From assembly GCA_964371245.1 (NCBI GenBank), contig CAYJKP010000001.1, forward strand, positions 123,042 to 187,041: a stretch of 64,000 bases of DNA, read 5' to 3'. This DNA is from an uncultured Gammaproteobacteria bacterium. Lineage in GTDB: Bacteria; Patescibacteriota; Patescibacteriia; JAHIZJ01. The position numbers and the translations under genes were made by a program. Below are positions 1 to 9,590 of this stretch, one piece after another. Each line of letters starts with the position of its first letter. The first letter of the stretch is position 1. The notes below the pieces were generated by a model, which was not told where the DNA came from, did no database searches, and was given only the letters and a program-made list of their open reading frames with translations.

Positions 1-881
1 AGGGTGCCAATCTCGGCGAGCTGACAAAAGCCGGCATCCCGGTGCCGCCCGGATTCGTTGTCACGGCCACGGCGTTCAAGAAATATCTCGAGCTGTCAGA
101 CCTTGATGTCGAGCTCGACGCCATCCTTGACGAACTGAAGATAGAAGACGTCAGTTCGGTCGAACGCGAGTCGCGGAAGATGCGTTCGCTCATTCAACGA
201 GAGAAAATACCTGAAGCGATAAGCCAAGAAATCAAAAAAGCGTTTCGTCATTTACGAGCCAAGTACGTGGCCGTGCGCTCCTCGGCTACGGCCGAGGATT
301 CAAAAGTGGCTTCCTGGGCGGGTGAGCTCGAGACCTACCTCTTTATTACCGACAAAGAGCTTCTCGCCGCCGTCCGGAAATGCTGGTCATCGCTGTATAC
401 GCCGCGGGCTTTGTTCTACCGATTTGAAAAGAAACTACACAACAAAATGATCCGCGTCGCGGTTGTGGTGCAGAAGATGATCAATGCGAAGGTTTCCGGC
501 ATAGCGTTTACCACTCATCCGGTAACGCGCGACCCAAACCAGCTGATTATTGAAGCGGGCTGGGGTTTGGGTGAGGCGATCGTGTCAGGGCAGATAACAC
601 CTGACGCCTACGTCCTGGACAAGGCAGATAACACCTTCATTGACGTAAACGTAAACCGACAGGAAATGATGATCGTGCCGGCCGTGCCAAAGGGCACGAA
701 AAAAGTGAGCGTGCCGCGGGCCAAGCAAGAAAAACAAAAACTGACCAAGAGCCAAATTCTTACGCTGGTCGACATCCTCCGGCGGATCGAGAAATATTAT
801 GGCAGCCCACAGGATATCGAGTGGGCGTTTAACGGGCAAAATTTCTATATTGTACAAACACGGCCAATAACCACGCTTTAA
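1..881 (+). CDS. PEP/pyruvate-binding (PPDK_N) domain protein, PEP synthase-like, 5' truncated by window
   Basis: GANLGEL..AGIPVPPGF, VAVRSSATAED, GWGLGEAIVSG and PQDIEWA..QTRPITT motifs; ORF stops after the nucleotide-binding domain. Confidence 0.85.
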   Translation, partial: GANLGELTKAGIPVPPGFVVTATAFKKYLELSDLDVELDAILDELKIEDVSSVERESRKMRSLIQREKIPEAISQEIKKAFRHLRAKYVAVRSSATAEDSKVASWAGELETYLFITDKELLAAVRKCWSSLYTPRALFYRFEKKLHNKMIRVAVVVQKMINAKVSGIAFTTHPVTRDPNQLIIEAGWGLGEAIVSGQITPDAYVLDKADNTFIDVNVNRQEMMIVPAVPKGTKKVSVPRAKQEKQKLTKSQILTLVDILRRIEKYYGSPQDIEWAFNGQNFYIVQTRPITTL

Positions 882-883
882 TT

Positions 884-2701
884 ATGGAGCTAGCCGGCAC
901 ATCACCACAGTCCAAGACAGACGGCGCAGACAATCTCGCCGACCAGATCCTTGACGCACTCCAAAGTCAATCGCCAAAGCATGCGCTGACGCTGCTCTTC
1001 CAGCTCCAGGCGAAAGAACAAACGACGGCGCTGCCAGCCGATCTCCAGATACAGAAACAGCGCTTGCAAATCATTGCCATCCCGTTGCTCTCGGCCAACG
1101 AACTGGTTTCGATTTTTCAAAAAAATCTCCGTCCGGTGCTTGAATTCAACGTCGGCGATCGTTTGAAACGCCGCTTTGTGTCGTTACCGTTACGCGACCA
1201 GGACGAGCTGAAACAGAATATTCAGTCAGCCCTTGAATTAAACACACTCCCGTTTGTATCGGGCGTTGCATCTTCGCCGGCTGCCTGGATCGAACAATAC
1301 AACCTGCGACACGGCCAATACTCCGATTTTCTGAAAAATAACGTGGCCTATATTTCCCTGACGAAAGAAGAGCAGCTAAAGGTTGAGCGTCTCATGCGGT
1401 TGTACCAGCAGATTTCCGCGCTCTCCACGTCGCCGGCCGGGATAGAGGACGAGATGCTGGTGAAAGACGAGCAGGGGAAATTTCAGGTATTACGCGAAGG
1501 GCGCTTCATTGAACTGAACGCCGAGCCGGTTGAAACCCCACCGATACCAAGTTCGAACGTCCAACCAGTGCCGTCGAAACCAGCCATTTCATCGTCGCCA
1601 GTTGTGACGGTCCCGATTGCGCCGACGCTGCCACCACGACCGCCGGTCTTGCCCAGAACAGATCCGCAGAAGCCAACAACGCCGCCGATCACGCCGGTTC
1701 CACGGCCGATTATGCCGCAACCTCGCCCCAGCCCCGCGAGCCAAAACCCAACCGCTGATTTCTATTTTCACCGCGAAGACGAGGAAGAGGTAAACCGCTT
1801 CCGTACGCGGCTAGCTGATGCCACCACCCCATCTGGCGCAAATATCGAACAAATCGCCGATCGGTTGATCCGGGACTTCCGCTTAACCTTTGCTAATGAC
1901 GCGTTACGCTCGCGCTTTGTCAGCATAATCGTTTCCCGTTTGAAAGACGTGCGTGATTTGATTGAAACAAAGAGTATGCTCATGCGGCCGATCGAGGTCG
2001 GCGGTATCGGTCTGCCGGAAACACTCGTGATGCAGATACTCTCTCAGGTTGAGGAGGAAATACTCACCTTGCATAGCCGACCAGCCGAACCGATAAGCCA
2101 GGAAAAACCGCCCGAGCCGCTTCCCGTCAAACCGCGCGAGGAGCCAATTGCGCCGCCGGCTATTCAAACGCCGCCACCAGCCGCGCCAACAGTACCAGTG
2201 CGGCCACCGGTTCCGCCAAGATTGGATATACCGAAGCCAATGGCGGCAGTTCGGCCTACGCCAATTCCGCCGCGCCAAACGCTTACGAGCCAGCCAGCAA
2301 ACTCGGGTACGACCATCGTAAAGCGGCCTGTTGAGACAACGCGACCGGTTATGTCAGACATAAAACCGCCGGCCAAGACCGTCGGACCAGTTGAAGAAAT
2401 TTTTCGTCTGACCCCCGATGATTACCGCCGTCTCGGGAAGACGCTAGCCGAAGCAAACGATAAAATCGCTGAAAAACTCGATCTTTTGGAAGAGGATTCA
2501 TATCTCAAGCGGGCCGAGGGCGTAAAAGCTTGGAAGAAGAACGCCGTTCACCGACTCTATCTTGAAATCGGCCGGGAAAGCATGGAGCGGAATATGGCCA
2601 TATCGGACGTTATTCGTCAGCGTCAGGAAGCCAACCGTCCAACCGTAACCGAGGAGGAATTTCACGCCATCGCTGATTTAAATAAGCGGATAAGTTTCTA
2701 G
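884..2701 (+). CDS. Hypothetical protein with two long Pro-rich linkers
   Basis: 605-aa ORF tightly packed between neighbours; helical domains separated by P-rich tracts. Confidence 0.75.
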   Translation: MELAGTSPQSKTDGADNLADQILDALQSQSPKHALTLLFQLQAKEQTTALPADLQIQKQRLQIIAIPLLSANELVSIFQKNLRPVLEFNVGDRLKRRFVSLPLRDQDELKQNIQSALELNTLPFVSGVASSPAAWIEQYNLRHGQYSDFLKNNVAYISLTKEEQLKVERLMRLYQQISALSTSPAGIEDEMLVKDEQGKFQVLREGRFIELNAEPVETPPIPSSNVQPVPSKPAISSSPVVTVPIAPTLPPRPPVLPRTDPQKPTTPPITPVPRPIMPQPRPSPASQNPTADFYFHREDEEEVNRFRTRLADATTPSGANIEQIADRLIRDFRLTFANDALRSRFVSIIVSRLKDVRDLIETKSMLMRPIEVGGIGLPETLVMQILSQVEEEILTLHSRPAEPISQEKPPEPLPVKPREEPIAPPAIQTPPPAAPTVPVRPPVPPRLDIPKPMAAVRPTPIPPRQTLTSQPANSGTTIVKRPVETTRPVMSDIKPPAKTVGPVEEIFRLTPDDYRRLGKTLAEANDKIAEKLDLLEEDSYLKRAEGVKAWKKNAVHRLYLEIGRESMERNMAISDVIRQRQEANRPTVTEEEFHAIADLNKRISF

Positions 2702-2707
2702 GGAAGT

Positions 2708-3163
2708 ATGCCACTTCAATTCACCGTGCCACAATTTATCGATGTTGAAGACAAGATCTTTGGTCCGATCTCGGTCCGTCAATTCGTTATTATCCTAATC
2801 GGGATCGGTGTGGTCGTGATGCTGTATTTCGTGTTAACATTTACATTGTTTATCTTTGCCGCTCCGATCGCCTGCGGCGTGATCGCCATCTTTGCCTTTT
2901 TTAAGATAAATGGCCAGCATTTTCACCTTTTTCTCCTCAACGTTGCGACCACCTTCCGTCGTCCGCGCATCAAGCTTTGGCACAAACATTTAGCCGATGA
3001 CGAGATTCAAGAGGAAAAAGCGAAAGAAAAGGTCGGTTCCGAAGGCGGCGGACCGCCGAAGATTACACCGACAAAAAGTCGTCTTCGCGAACTTTCCTTG
3101 ATCGTCGACACGGGCGGAGCCTATGGCGAGGAATCCTGGCAGGTGACGCGCGATACCCGATAG
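2708..3163 (+). CDS. PrgI family (VirB3-like) membrane protein
   Basis: QFTVPQFIDVEDKIFGPISVRQF N-terminus followed by two TM helices, upstream of VirB4. Confidence 0.85.
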   Translation: MPLQFTVPQFIDVEDKIFGPISVRQFVIILIGIGVVVMLYFVLTFTLFIFAAPIACGVIAIFAFFKINGQHFHLFLLNVATTFRRPRIKLWHKHLADDEIQEEKAKEKVGSEGGGPPKITPTKSRLRELSLIVDTGGAYGEESWQVTRDTR

Positions 3164-3176
3164 CTAACAAACATAC

Positions 3177-3860
3177 ATGCCTACCCCACAGAACAAACAG
3201 CGTAAAAACACCCCTTCGACTCAGCGGTTCGTACCGATCGCTGAAATTAAAGACGACGCCGTGATCTTAAAAGACGGGACAATTCGAGGCGTCATCCTGG
3301 TTTCATCGATCAATTTTGCTCTGAAGTCGGAAGACGAACAAAACGCCATCATCCAGGCCTATACCCAATTTCTCAACTCATTTGAATTTCCGGTGCAGGT
3401 GGTGATTCAATCGCGGAAACTTGATATTGATGAATATCTCCAGCGGCTCGAGAAGGTCGAAAAGGAGCAGATGAACGAATTATTAAAAATGCAGACTCGC
3501 GAATACCGCCAGTTTGTAAATGAATTGATTGAATTGGCCGATATCATGAGCAAGCGTTTCTATGTCATTGTTCCGTATGCGCCGGTGACGAAAAAATCTT
3601 CAAAAAAGTTTTTTGACCGGGTTCAAGAATTATTTGCGCCCAGCCGGATTATTCAATTGAAAAAAAGCCAATTTGAAAAATACCATACCGAACTGGCCAA
3701 GCGGGTTGATTTCTTGATCAGCGGCTTGAACGCCATGGGCTTGAAGGCCGTTGGTCTCGACACGCAGAGCCTGATTGAACTGTATTACAATACGTATAAT
3801 CCAGAAACCTACGACCATCAAGAATTGGTCCAGGTTGATCGTATTCAAGTGGAGCGTTAA
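3177..3860 (+). CDS. Conserved VirB4/TraC-associated protein
   Basis: STQRFVPIAEIKDD..INFALKSEDEQ..YYNTYNP, typical of the gene between PrgI and VirB4 in CPR. Confidence 0.7.
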   Translation: MPTPQNKQRKNTPSTQRFVPIAEIKDDAVILKDGTIRGVILVSSINFALKSEDEQNAIIQAYTQFLNSFEFPVQVVIQSRKLDIDEYLQRLEKVEKEQMNELLKMQTREYRQFVNELIELADIMSKRFYVIVPYAPVTKKSSKKFFDRVQELFAPSRIIQLKKSQFEKYHTELAKRVDFLISGLNAMGLKAVGLDTQSLIELYYNTYNPETYDHQELVQVDRIQVER

Positions 3861-3861
3861 T

Positions 3862-5787
3862 ATGGCAAACCTCGATCTCTCGAAAAAACAAGCCGTCGTA
3901 CCAGAGGCAACCCAGGCCAAGGTCATTTTAACGCCGCAACAAAAACGCGAGGCGGAGGCGTTAGCCATGGAGCGTGAGAAACGCGCGATCGAAGTAGAGC
4001 GGATCTACCGCGAAGGCGTGGTGACCATCCGAGATCTGATTGCTCCATCATCTTTCCGGGTGATGCCGTCGTACGTCGAGTTGGGCAGCAAATTTGTCCG
4101 GACGCTGTTTGTGGTGACCTACCCGCGCTACCTCACGGTCGGCTGGTTCGCGCCGATTGTCAATCTTAATTTCACGCTCGATATTGCGATGTATTTCTAT
4201 CCGATCAGCTCCGATATCATCCTGAAGCAATTACGGAACAAAGTCGGCGCGCTCGAAGCGCAAATTATGGCCGACGCCGAAAAGGGAGCGGCGCGCGATC
4301 CGATGCGGGAGACCGCCCTGCGCGACATTGAAAAATTGCGCGATGATCTGACGCAAGGGACAGAGAAGTTCTTTCAATTTTCCCTCTACATGACGCTGTA
4401 TGCGGATTCACTCAAGGAATTAAATGAATTGACGGATCGAGTCGAAGGCATGCTCGGTTCGCGCCTCGTCTATTCGAAGCGGGTGTTTTACCAGGCGGAA
4501 CAGGGCTATAATTCCACCCTGCCCATGGCGATCGATGAGATCAATGTGACCTTTAACATGAACACCTCGCCGGCCGCCTCGTCCTTCCCGTTTATTTCGT
4601 CCGAGCTGACGAGCGACAACGGAATTCTCTACGGCATCAACCGCCACAATAACAGCTTGATCTTATTTGACCGCTTCAGTCTTCAGAACGCCAATTCGTG
4701 CGTTTTTGCGACCTCAGGCGCTGGCAAAAGTTACGCGGTCAAGCTCGAAGTGCTCCGCAGCCTGATGCTTGGAACGGACGTTATCATTATTGACCCAGAA
4801 AAGGAATATAAGTATCTCTGCGACGCCGTCGGCGGAGCCTACGTCAACATCTATCTCAACTCGGACTCAAAGATAAATCCGTTTGATTTACCGAGACCGG
4901 TCGGGGAAGCCGATCGACCGGCCGATATCATCCGTTCGGCCGTGATCACCTTAAAAGGGCTGCTTCGCTTGATGCTCGGCGAATTTACGCACGAGGAAGA
5001 TTCGCTCGTCGACCGGGCACTGATCGAAACCTACGCCAAGAAAGACATCACAGCCGATTCCGACCTAACGAAAATCGAGGCGCCGCTTATGTCCGATTTC
5101 GAAGAGGTGCTCGGTGGCATGGAGGGCGGTGACGGGTTGGTCAAGCGGCTGAAGAAATTCACCGAGGGAACGTTTGCCGGCTTGTTCAACAGCCCGACGA
5201 ACATCGACGTGAAAAACCAGCTAGTTGTGTTCAGCGTGCGGGACCTTGAGGATGAGCTGCGTCCGATCGCCATTTACACCATCGTCAATTATATCTGGAA
5301 CGTTGTCCGGTCGGAAATGAAGAAACGGATTATGGTCATCGATGAGGCGTGGTGGCTAATGCAGAACGAAGATTCAGCCAAATTCATCTACGCACTGGTC
5401 AAGCGCTGCCGCAAATATTATCTCGGGGTGACGACGATCACGCAGGATGTCAACGACTTCTTGCGATCACCGTATGGCCAGGCCATTGTCACGAACTCGT
5501 CATTGCAGCTTTTACTCAAACAGTCGCCGGCTGGTGTCGATATTTTGGCGAAAACATTCTTGCTGACGGAAGGCGAAAAATATTTGCTGCTGGAAAGTGG
5601 GGTTGGCGAGGGGATATTCTTTGCCGGTTCCCGCCATGCCGCCATAAAAGTTGTTGCCTCGTACACGGAAGATCAAATCATTACCTCGGATCCAAAGCAG
5701 CTGCTCGAGATAGAAGCCGCGAAGAAGGAGTTTGCCGAATCGATGGCCCAAGAGGAAGACGTAAAGTCAGCCGCACCAAAACCATAA
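3862..5787 (+). CDS. VirB4/TraC-like secretion ATPase
   Basis: Walker A ATSGAGKS, IIDPEKEY, Walker B VIDEAW, RKY..TQ motif; ATG at 3862 just after upstream stop. Confidence 0.9.
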   Translation: MANLDLSKKQAVVPEATQAKVILTPQQKREAEALAMEREKRAIEVERIYREGVVTIRDLIAPSSFRVMPSYVELGSKFVRTLFVVTYPRYLTVGWFAPIVNLNFTLDIAMYFYPISSDIILKQLRNKVGALEAQIMADAEKGAARDPMRETALRDIEKLRDDLTQGTEKFFQFSLYMTLYADSLKELNELTDRVEGMLGSRLVYSKRVFYQAEQGYNSTLPMAIDEINVTFNMNTSPAASSFPFISSELTSDNGILYGINRHNNSLILFDRFSLQNANSCVFATSGAGKSYAVKLEVLRSLMLGTDVIIIDPEKEYKYLCDAVGGAYVNIYLNSDSKINPFDLPRPVGEADRPADIIRSAVITLKGLLRLMLGEFTHEEDSLVDRALIETYAKKDITADSDLTKIEAPLMSDFEEVLGGMEGGDGLVKRLKKFTEGTFAGLFNSPTNIDVKNQLVVFSVRDLEDELRPIAIYTIVNYIWNVVRSEMKKRIMVIDEAWWLMQNEDSAKFIYALVKRCRKYYLGVTTITQDVNDFLRSPYGQAIVTNSSLQLLLKQSPAGVDILAKTFLLTEGEKYLLLESGVGEGIFFAGSRHAAIKVVASYTEDQIITSDPKQLLEIEAAKKEFAESMAQEEDVKSAAPKP

Positions 5788-5816
5788 ATAACTACGTTGG
5801 TTAAAAATATTATCGT

Positions 5817-6455
5817 ATGAAAGGGTTCCGTATTCTCATCATCGTGCTTGGAGGGCTGGCCGTTCTCGCCGCCGCGGCGTTGGTGATTTTGCGATTGACG
5901 CAAAAACCGACCAATTCTAATACCAATACGAATACGCCGGTAAATAATGCAGTGGTGAATACGACGAACGAAAATACCAACACGTCGAATACAAATACAA
6001 ATACGAATACGGCGAACACCAACGCAAATACAAATACGGTTCCGAGTAATACGAATACAAACACCGGGAGTACACCCGAAGCGAATCTCAAAGGGGTCGC
6101 GCGAAGTTTTGCCGAGCGCTTCGGCACCTATTCAAACCATTCGGACTTTGAAAACATCGAGCACTTGATACCGTATATGAGCGAACGGATGAAAAAATGG
6201 GCGCAAAAGTATCTCGATGAGCAACGGGAAAAAACCGTCGATCAAAGCGTCTATTATGGCATGATTACTCGGACCATGTCGGTCAAGCAGACCAGCTACG
6301 ATTCTGACAATGGCACGGCTGAATTTCTGGTCACGGCGCAACGAAACGAATCGACCGGTACAAGCTCAAACTCAAGGATATTTTACCAAGACCTCCAGAT
6401 AAAATTTATTAAAGAGCAGTCGGTTTGGAAAGTAAACGAAGCCTGGTGGCAGTAA
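5817..6455 (+). CDS. Membrane-anchored protein with Asn/Thr linker and possible VirB8/TcpC-like domain
   Basis: N-terminal TM, NTNT low-complexity stalk, ARSFAERFGTYS..WKV pattern; fold assignment is inference. Confidence 0.6.
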   Translation: MKGFRILIIVLGGLAVLAAAALVILRLTQKPTNSNTNTNTPVNNAVVNTTNENTNTSNTNTNTNTANTNANTNTVPSNTNTNTGSTPEANLKGVARSFAERFGTYSNHSDFENIEHLIPYMSERMKKWAQKYLDEQREKTVDQSVYYGMITRTMSVKQTSYDSDNGTAEFLVTAQRNESTGTSSNSRIFYQDLQIKFIKEQSVWKVNEAWWQ

Positions 6456-6464
6456 CGGGTTGAT

Positions 6465-7181
6465 ATGGCTACGAATGGTAACAATTTTGATAACGCGCTA
6501 GGGAAATCAAAGGAGAAACAACGCGAATTGGACGATCGAACCGGTCGTTCAAAATCGAGTCAAGAAGCGCTCGATCGTCAGCTGGGACAAGATCCGAAAT
6601 CTTGGCACGATCAGCAAATTCGGCAGGGTAAAGACACGCACACAAAAGACCGATTAGCCGGTTCGATGGGCAGTTCAATCGGCGACGTCAATCAGCCGCG
6701 CGGCATTCGCGGACGGGTGACTGACAAGATGGATCGATCGATACAGGATTTTGACGCTCGTCAGGGTGTTGCTGGCGCAGCCGGAGAACGGTCGGCCGCG
6801 AAACAGCTTGGCGGTGCAAAAGCCGCTGCCATGAAAAAAGCAGCCGAAGGAGGAAGTGCTGAAGAAGTCGGCGAAGCGGCCGGCGCCGCCGCCCTGCAAG
6901 CGAAAAAAATACAGCAATTCCGGATACTCCTGATGGTTTTAAAAGGAGTCAAAATCGGCGCCGCAGCAACGGTGGTGGGGATAATCATCACGATCCTTAT
7001 CTGGGTGGCTCAGGTAATCCTCTCAAAGGTCTTTGGCAAAAAAGAGTTTGAACTCGATTTGTGGGAAAAAATAATTGCCTATCCAATTTGTTTTATTATT
7101 TTGGTCTTCGTGGTAACGCAAATTGCGGTTCTTGTCCAAGCCCTTGGCTTAGTAAGCAGTGTCGTTGATTGGATCTTCTAA
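6465..7181 (+). CDS. Hypothetical membrane protein
   Basis: Charged/Ala-rich N-terminus, C-terminal TM helices; operon packing. Confidence 0.7.
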   Translation: MATNGNNFDNALGKSKEKQRELDDRTGRSKSSQEALDRQLGQDPKSWHDQQIRQGKDTHTKDRLAGSMGSSIGDVNQPRGIRGRVTDKMDRSIQDFDARQGVAGAAGERSAAKQLGGAKAAAMKKAAEGGSAEEVGEAAGAAALQAKKIQQFRILLMVLKGVKIGAAATVVGIIITILIWVAQVILSKVFGKKEFELDLWEKIIAYPICFIILVFVVTQIAVLVQALGLVSSVVDWIF

Positions 7182-7241
7182 TCCCACACGGGCGTCCGCG
7201 ATGATTACGTGTCAGCGAAAAAGATGTGGTATAATATAGCT

Positions 7242-8342
7242 ATGAATAACACGGCAATAAAAAGACATAATCAGGTTCAACGGTGGTTTGGCATCCTGAT
7301 GTTGATATCGTTATTGACCGTCGCGGTGGCTATGTTTATGGCGCCGCGAGTAGCATATGGTCTAGTTCCAGATGCGGACGCTTGTGGCAAGGGCAAGGTA
7401 AAACTGAATGTTAAGCTCGGCACGACTGAGTGTATTTCTGACATTACCCAGTATACGAAGATTTTTTACAATCTCTTTATCGGGGTCATCGGCATCTTCG
7501 CTGCGGTTATGATTATGTATGCCGGTTTTCAATGGATTTCCGCCTCCGGGAATTCCCAAAAAATTGAACGGGCCAAAGACAGTTTTACGTCGGCCATTAT
7601 TGGTGTTGTGATTGCGCTCATTTCGTACGTTTTGTTGAATTTGATCAATCCTATGATCGTCAACCTGCAGCCAATCGCCCTGGAGACGATTACCGGGCAG
7701 GCGACCGTCGCGAACATGGAGCTCTGTAAAAACATGCTCGGCGATAATTGGTCGCAGCAGGTGATCAGCCCAAACGCCAGTTGCGGCGAGCCGAACAATT
7801 TAAAGGACGCGCAGGGTAAGCCGACGGGCGGTATATGTTATGGCCACGAATGCGGATCTGGCACCCAGTGCTTCAATAAAGCTGGCGTCTGGAAGTGCGA
7901 CTCACCGTATAAAAAATGTACAGATGCAAAAAAGGACCAATGCGCGGCGGTTGACACGATGCTTGAGGATCGAACGTATGGCTGTATCCAAAACACCACT
8001 GGCACGGGTGATGAAGATAAGTGTATCTATGGTCCGATCATCCCCTTAATCATCGGGCAGGGGACTGTCGGTGTCGCGCCAAACATTTATGAGCGAATTC
8101 GCTGCGAAGATTCACCTGAGAGGGACTGCTGGAAAGTAAGTGGTTCGGGAGCGACGCCAACGAAATGCGTTGATGCTGGTTTATATGGAGATTATTTTTG
8201 CACGAACTCTGAGCGGGCGGTTCAATGGGGGCAATCAGTCTGTGTTCATAAGGTTGGCAGCGACCCGCCGGAATATTACCTTTGGACTGGCGCCGCGCAA
8301 GGGGACGATATCGCCCCGGGTTTGTGTTCATCCACCCAATGA
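7242..8342 (+). CDS. VirB2/TrbC-like pilin domain fused to Cys-rich extracellular domain
   Basis: Signal-like N-terminus, MIMYAGFQWISASGN..IERAK..AIIG..LNLINP pilin signature, 16 Cys C-terminally; TGnTATAAT just upstream. Confidence 0.75.
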   Translation: MNNTAIKRHNQVQRWFGILMLISLLTVAVAMFMAPRVAYGLVPDADACGKGKVKLNVKLGTTECISDITQYTKIFYNLFIGVIGIFAAVMIMYAGFQWISASGNSQKIERAKDSFTSAIIGVVIALISYVLLNLINPMIVNLQPIALETITGQATVANMELCKNMLGDNWSQQVISPNASCGEPNNLKDAQGKPTGGICYGHECGSGTQCFNKAGVWKCDSPYKKCTDAKKDQCAAVDTMLEDRTYGCIQNTTGTGDEDKCIYGPIIPLIIGQGTVGVAPNIYERIRCEDSPERDCWKVSGSGATPTKCVDAGLYGDYFCTNSERAVQWGQSVCVHKVGSDPPEYYLWTGAAQGDDIAPGLCSSTQ

Positions 8343-9589
8343 TACACTCACCACAAACAAAAAAAATCCTGATTATCGCCGGCCTGGCGGTCGTTGTATT
8401 GGTCGTCGGCTTCGCCATCTATTTTTTCTTTTTCCGATCAATTTTTGAACCGACGGGCAATGGAAACACAAATGGCAATACCAACAACACCAACGACCTT
8501 AATCGTTTACCCAACATTAACGGTAATCGGAACGTAAACGTCAACACGAACGGAAACACGAACAGCGTGTCGACCCTGCCGGACATCTCTGATGTGGCGG
8601 ACGGTGGTCCGACGAAGGTTACCCCGATCATCAACAGCCGAACAAAAGACGGCGCGCCGACAAGCGATGGAACTGGCTATGTGTACTATGATCCGGCCAC
8701 GTACAAGTTTTACAAAGTACTGGCAAACGGCGAACGCGTCGAAATATCCTCAAAAGAGTTCTATGACGTTCAGAGCATTGCTTGGTCGCCTGATCGGCAG
8801 CGGGCCATCCTCAAGTATCCAGACGGCAGTAATTTGTATTACAACTTCAGCGACGGCCTCTCCGTGACGCTGCCAAAAGAAATACAGGAGCCGGAGTTTA
8901 CGGCAACTGGCAATAAAATCGCCTATAAATTTATTGGCGAACAAGAAGGACAACAATGGCTGGCAGTCTCAAACCCAGACGGCAGCGAACAGCAATTGCT
9001 TCAAGCGCTTGGCGACCGCGCCTCCCGCGTCGACGTCAACTGGTCGCCCGACGGCCAGGTGGCGGGTATTTATCGGGAGGGTACCGGCCTTGATGAAGAG
9101 GAAATATACTTTATCGGCCAGCATGGGGAAAATTTCAAATCCTTCACGGCCAAAGGCTCTGGGTTTACCAGCGCCTGGTCACCGCAAGGCGATAAACTCC
9201 TTTATAGCGTCTATAGCGCCGAGACTGATTATAAACCGACGTTAAGCATTGTTGACGCGCGCGGTGACGCGGTAGGGCTCAATAATACCGCTTTAGATCT
9301 AAACACCTGGCCGGATAAATGCACCTTCGGCGGTACCGCCCTGTATTGTGCCGTTCCGACCGATCTGGCGACCGGCGCCGGCTTATCGCGAGATAGCGCC
9401 GTCATGGCCAACGACAATTTCTACAGCATTGACCTTGCGACCGGACAGAAAACACTCCTCGCGATTCCGTACAACGGACCCGATGATATCGGGTATAGCG
9501 CAGATGGGTTGTATTTGTCGCCCGGCGAAGACGCCTTATATTTTCATAATGCGAAAAACGACAAGCTTGAAAAAATAACGCTCAAATAA
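8339..9589 (+). CDS. Membrane-anchored TolB/WD40-like beta-propeller protein
   Basis: TM, N-rich stalk, repeated WSPD/WSPQ motifs; ATGA overlap with upstream stop. Confidence 0.75.
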   Translation: MIHSPQTKKILIIAGLAVVVLVVGFAIYFFFFRSIFEPTGNGNTNGNTNNTNDLNRLPNINGNRNVNVNTNGNTNSVSTLPDISDVADGGPTKVTPIINSRTKDGAPTSDGTGYVYYDPATYKFYKVLANGERVEISSKEFYDVQSIAWSPDRQRAILKYPDGSNLYYNFSDGLSVTLPKEIQEPEFTATGNKIAYKFIGEQEGQQWLAVSNPDGSEQQLLQALGDRASRVDVNWSPDGQVAGIYREGTGLDEEEIYFIGQHGENFKSFTAKGSGFTSAWSPQGDKLLYSVYSAETDYKPTLSIVDARGDAVGLNNTALDLNTWPDKCTFGGTALYCAVPTDLATGAGLSRDSAVMANDNFYSIDLATGQKTLLAIPYNGPDDIGYSADGLYLSPGEDALYFHNAKNDKLEKITLK

Positions 9590-9590
9590 T

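Noticed and set aside
5905-6066. AATAC-type tandem repeats as CRISPR or VNTR
   Set aside because: Degenerate in-frame Asn/Thr linker codons with no repeat-spacer pattern; same for 8455-8565. No CRISPR array or cas gene seen in the window.
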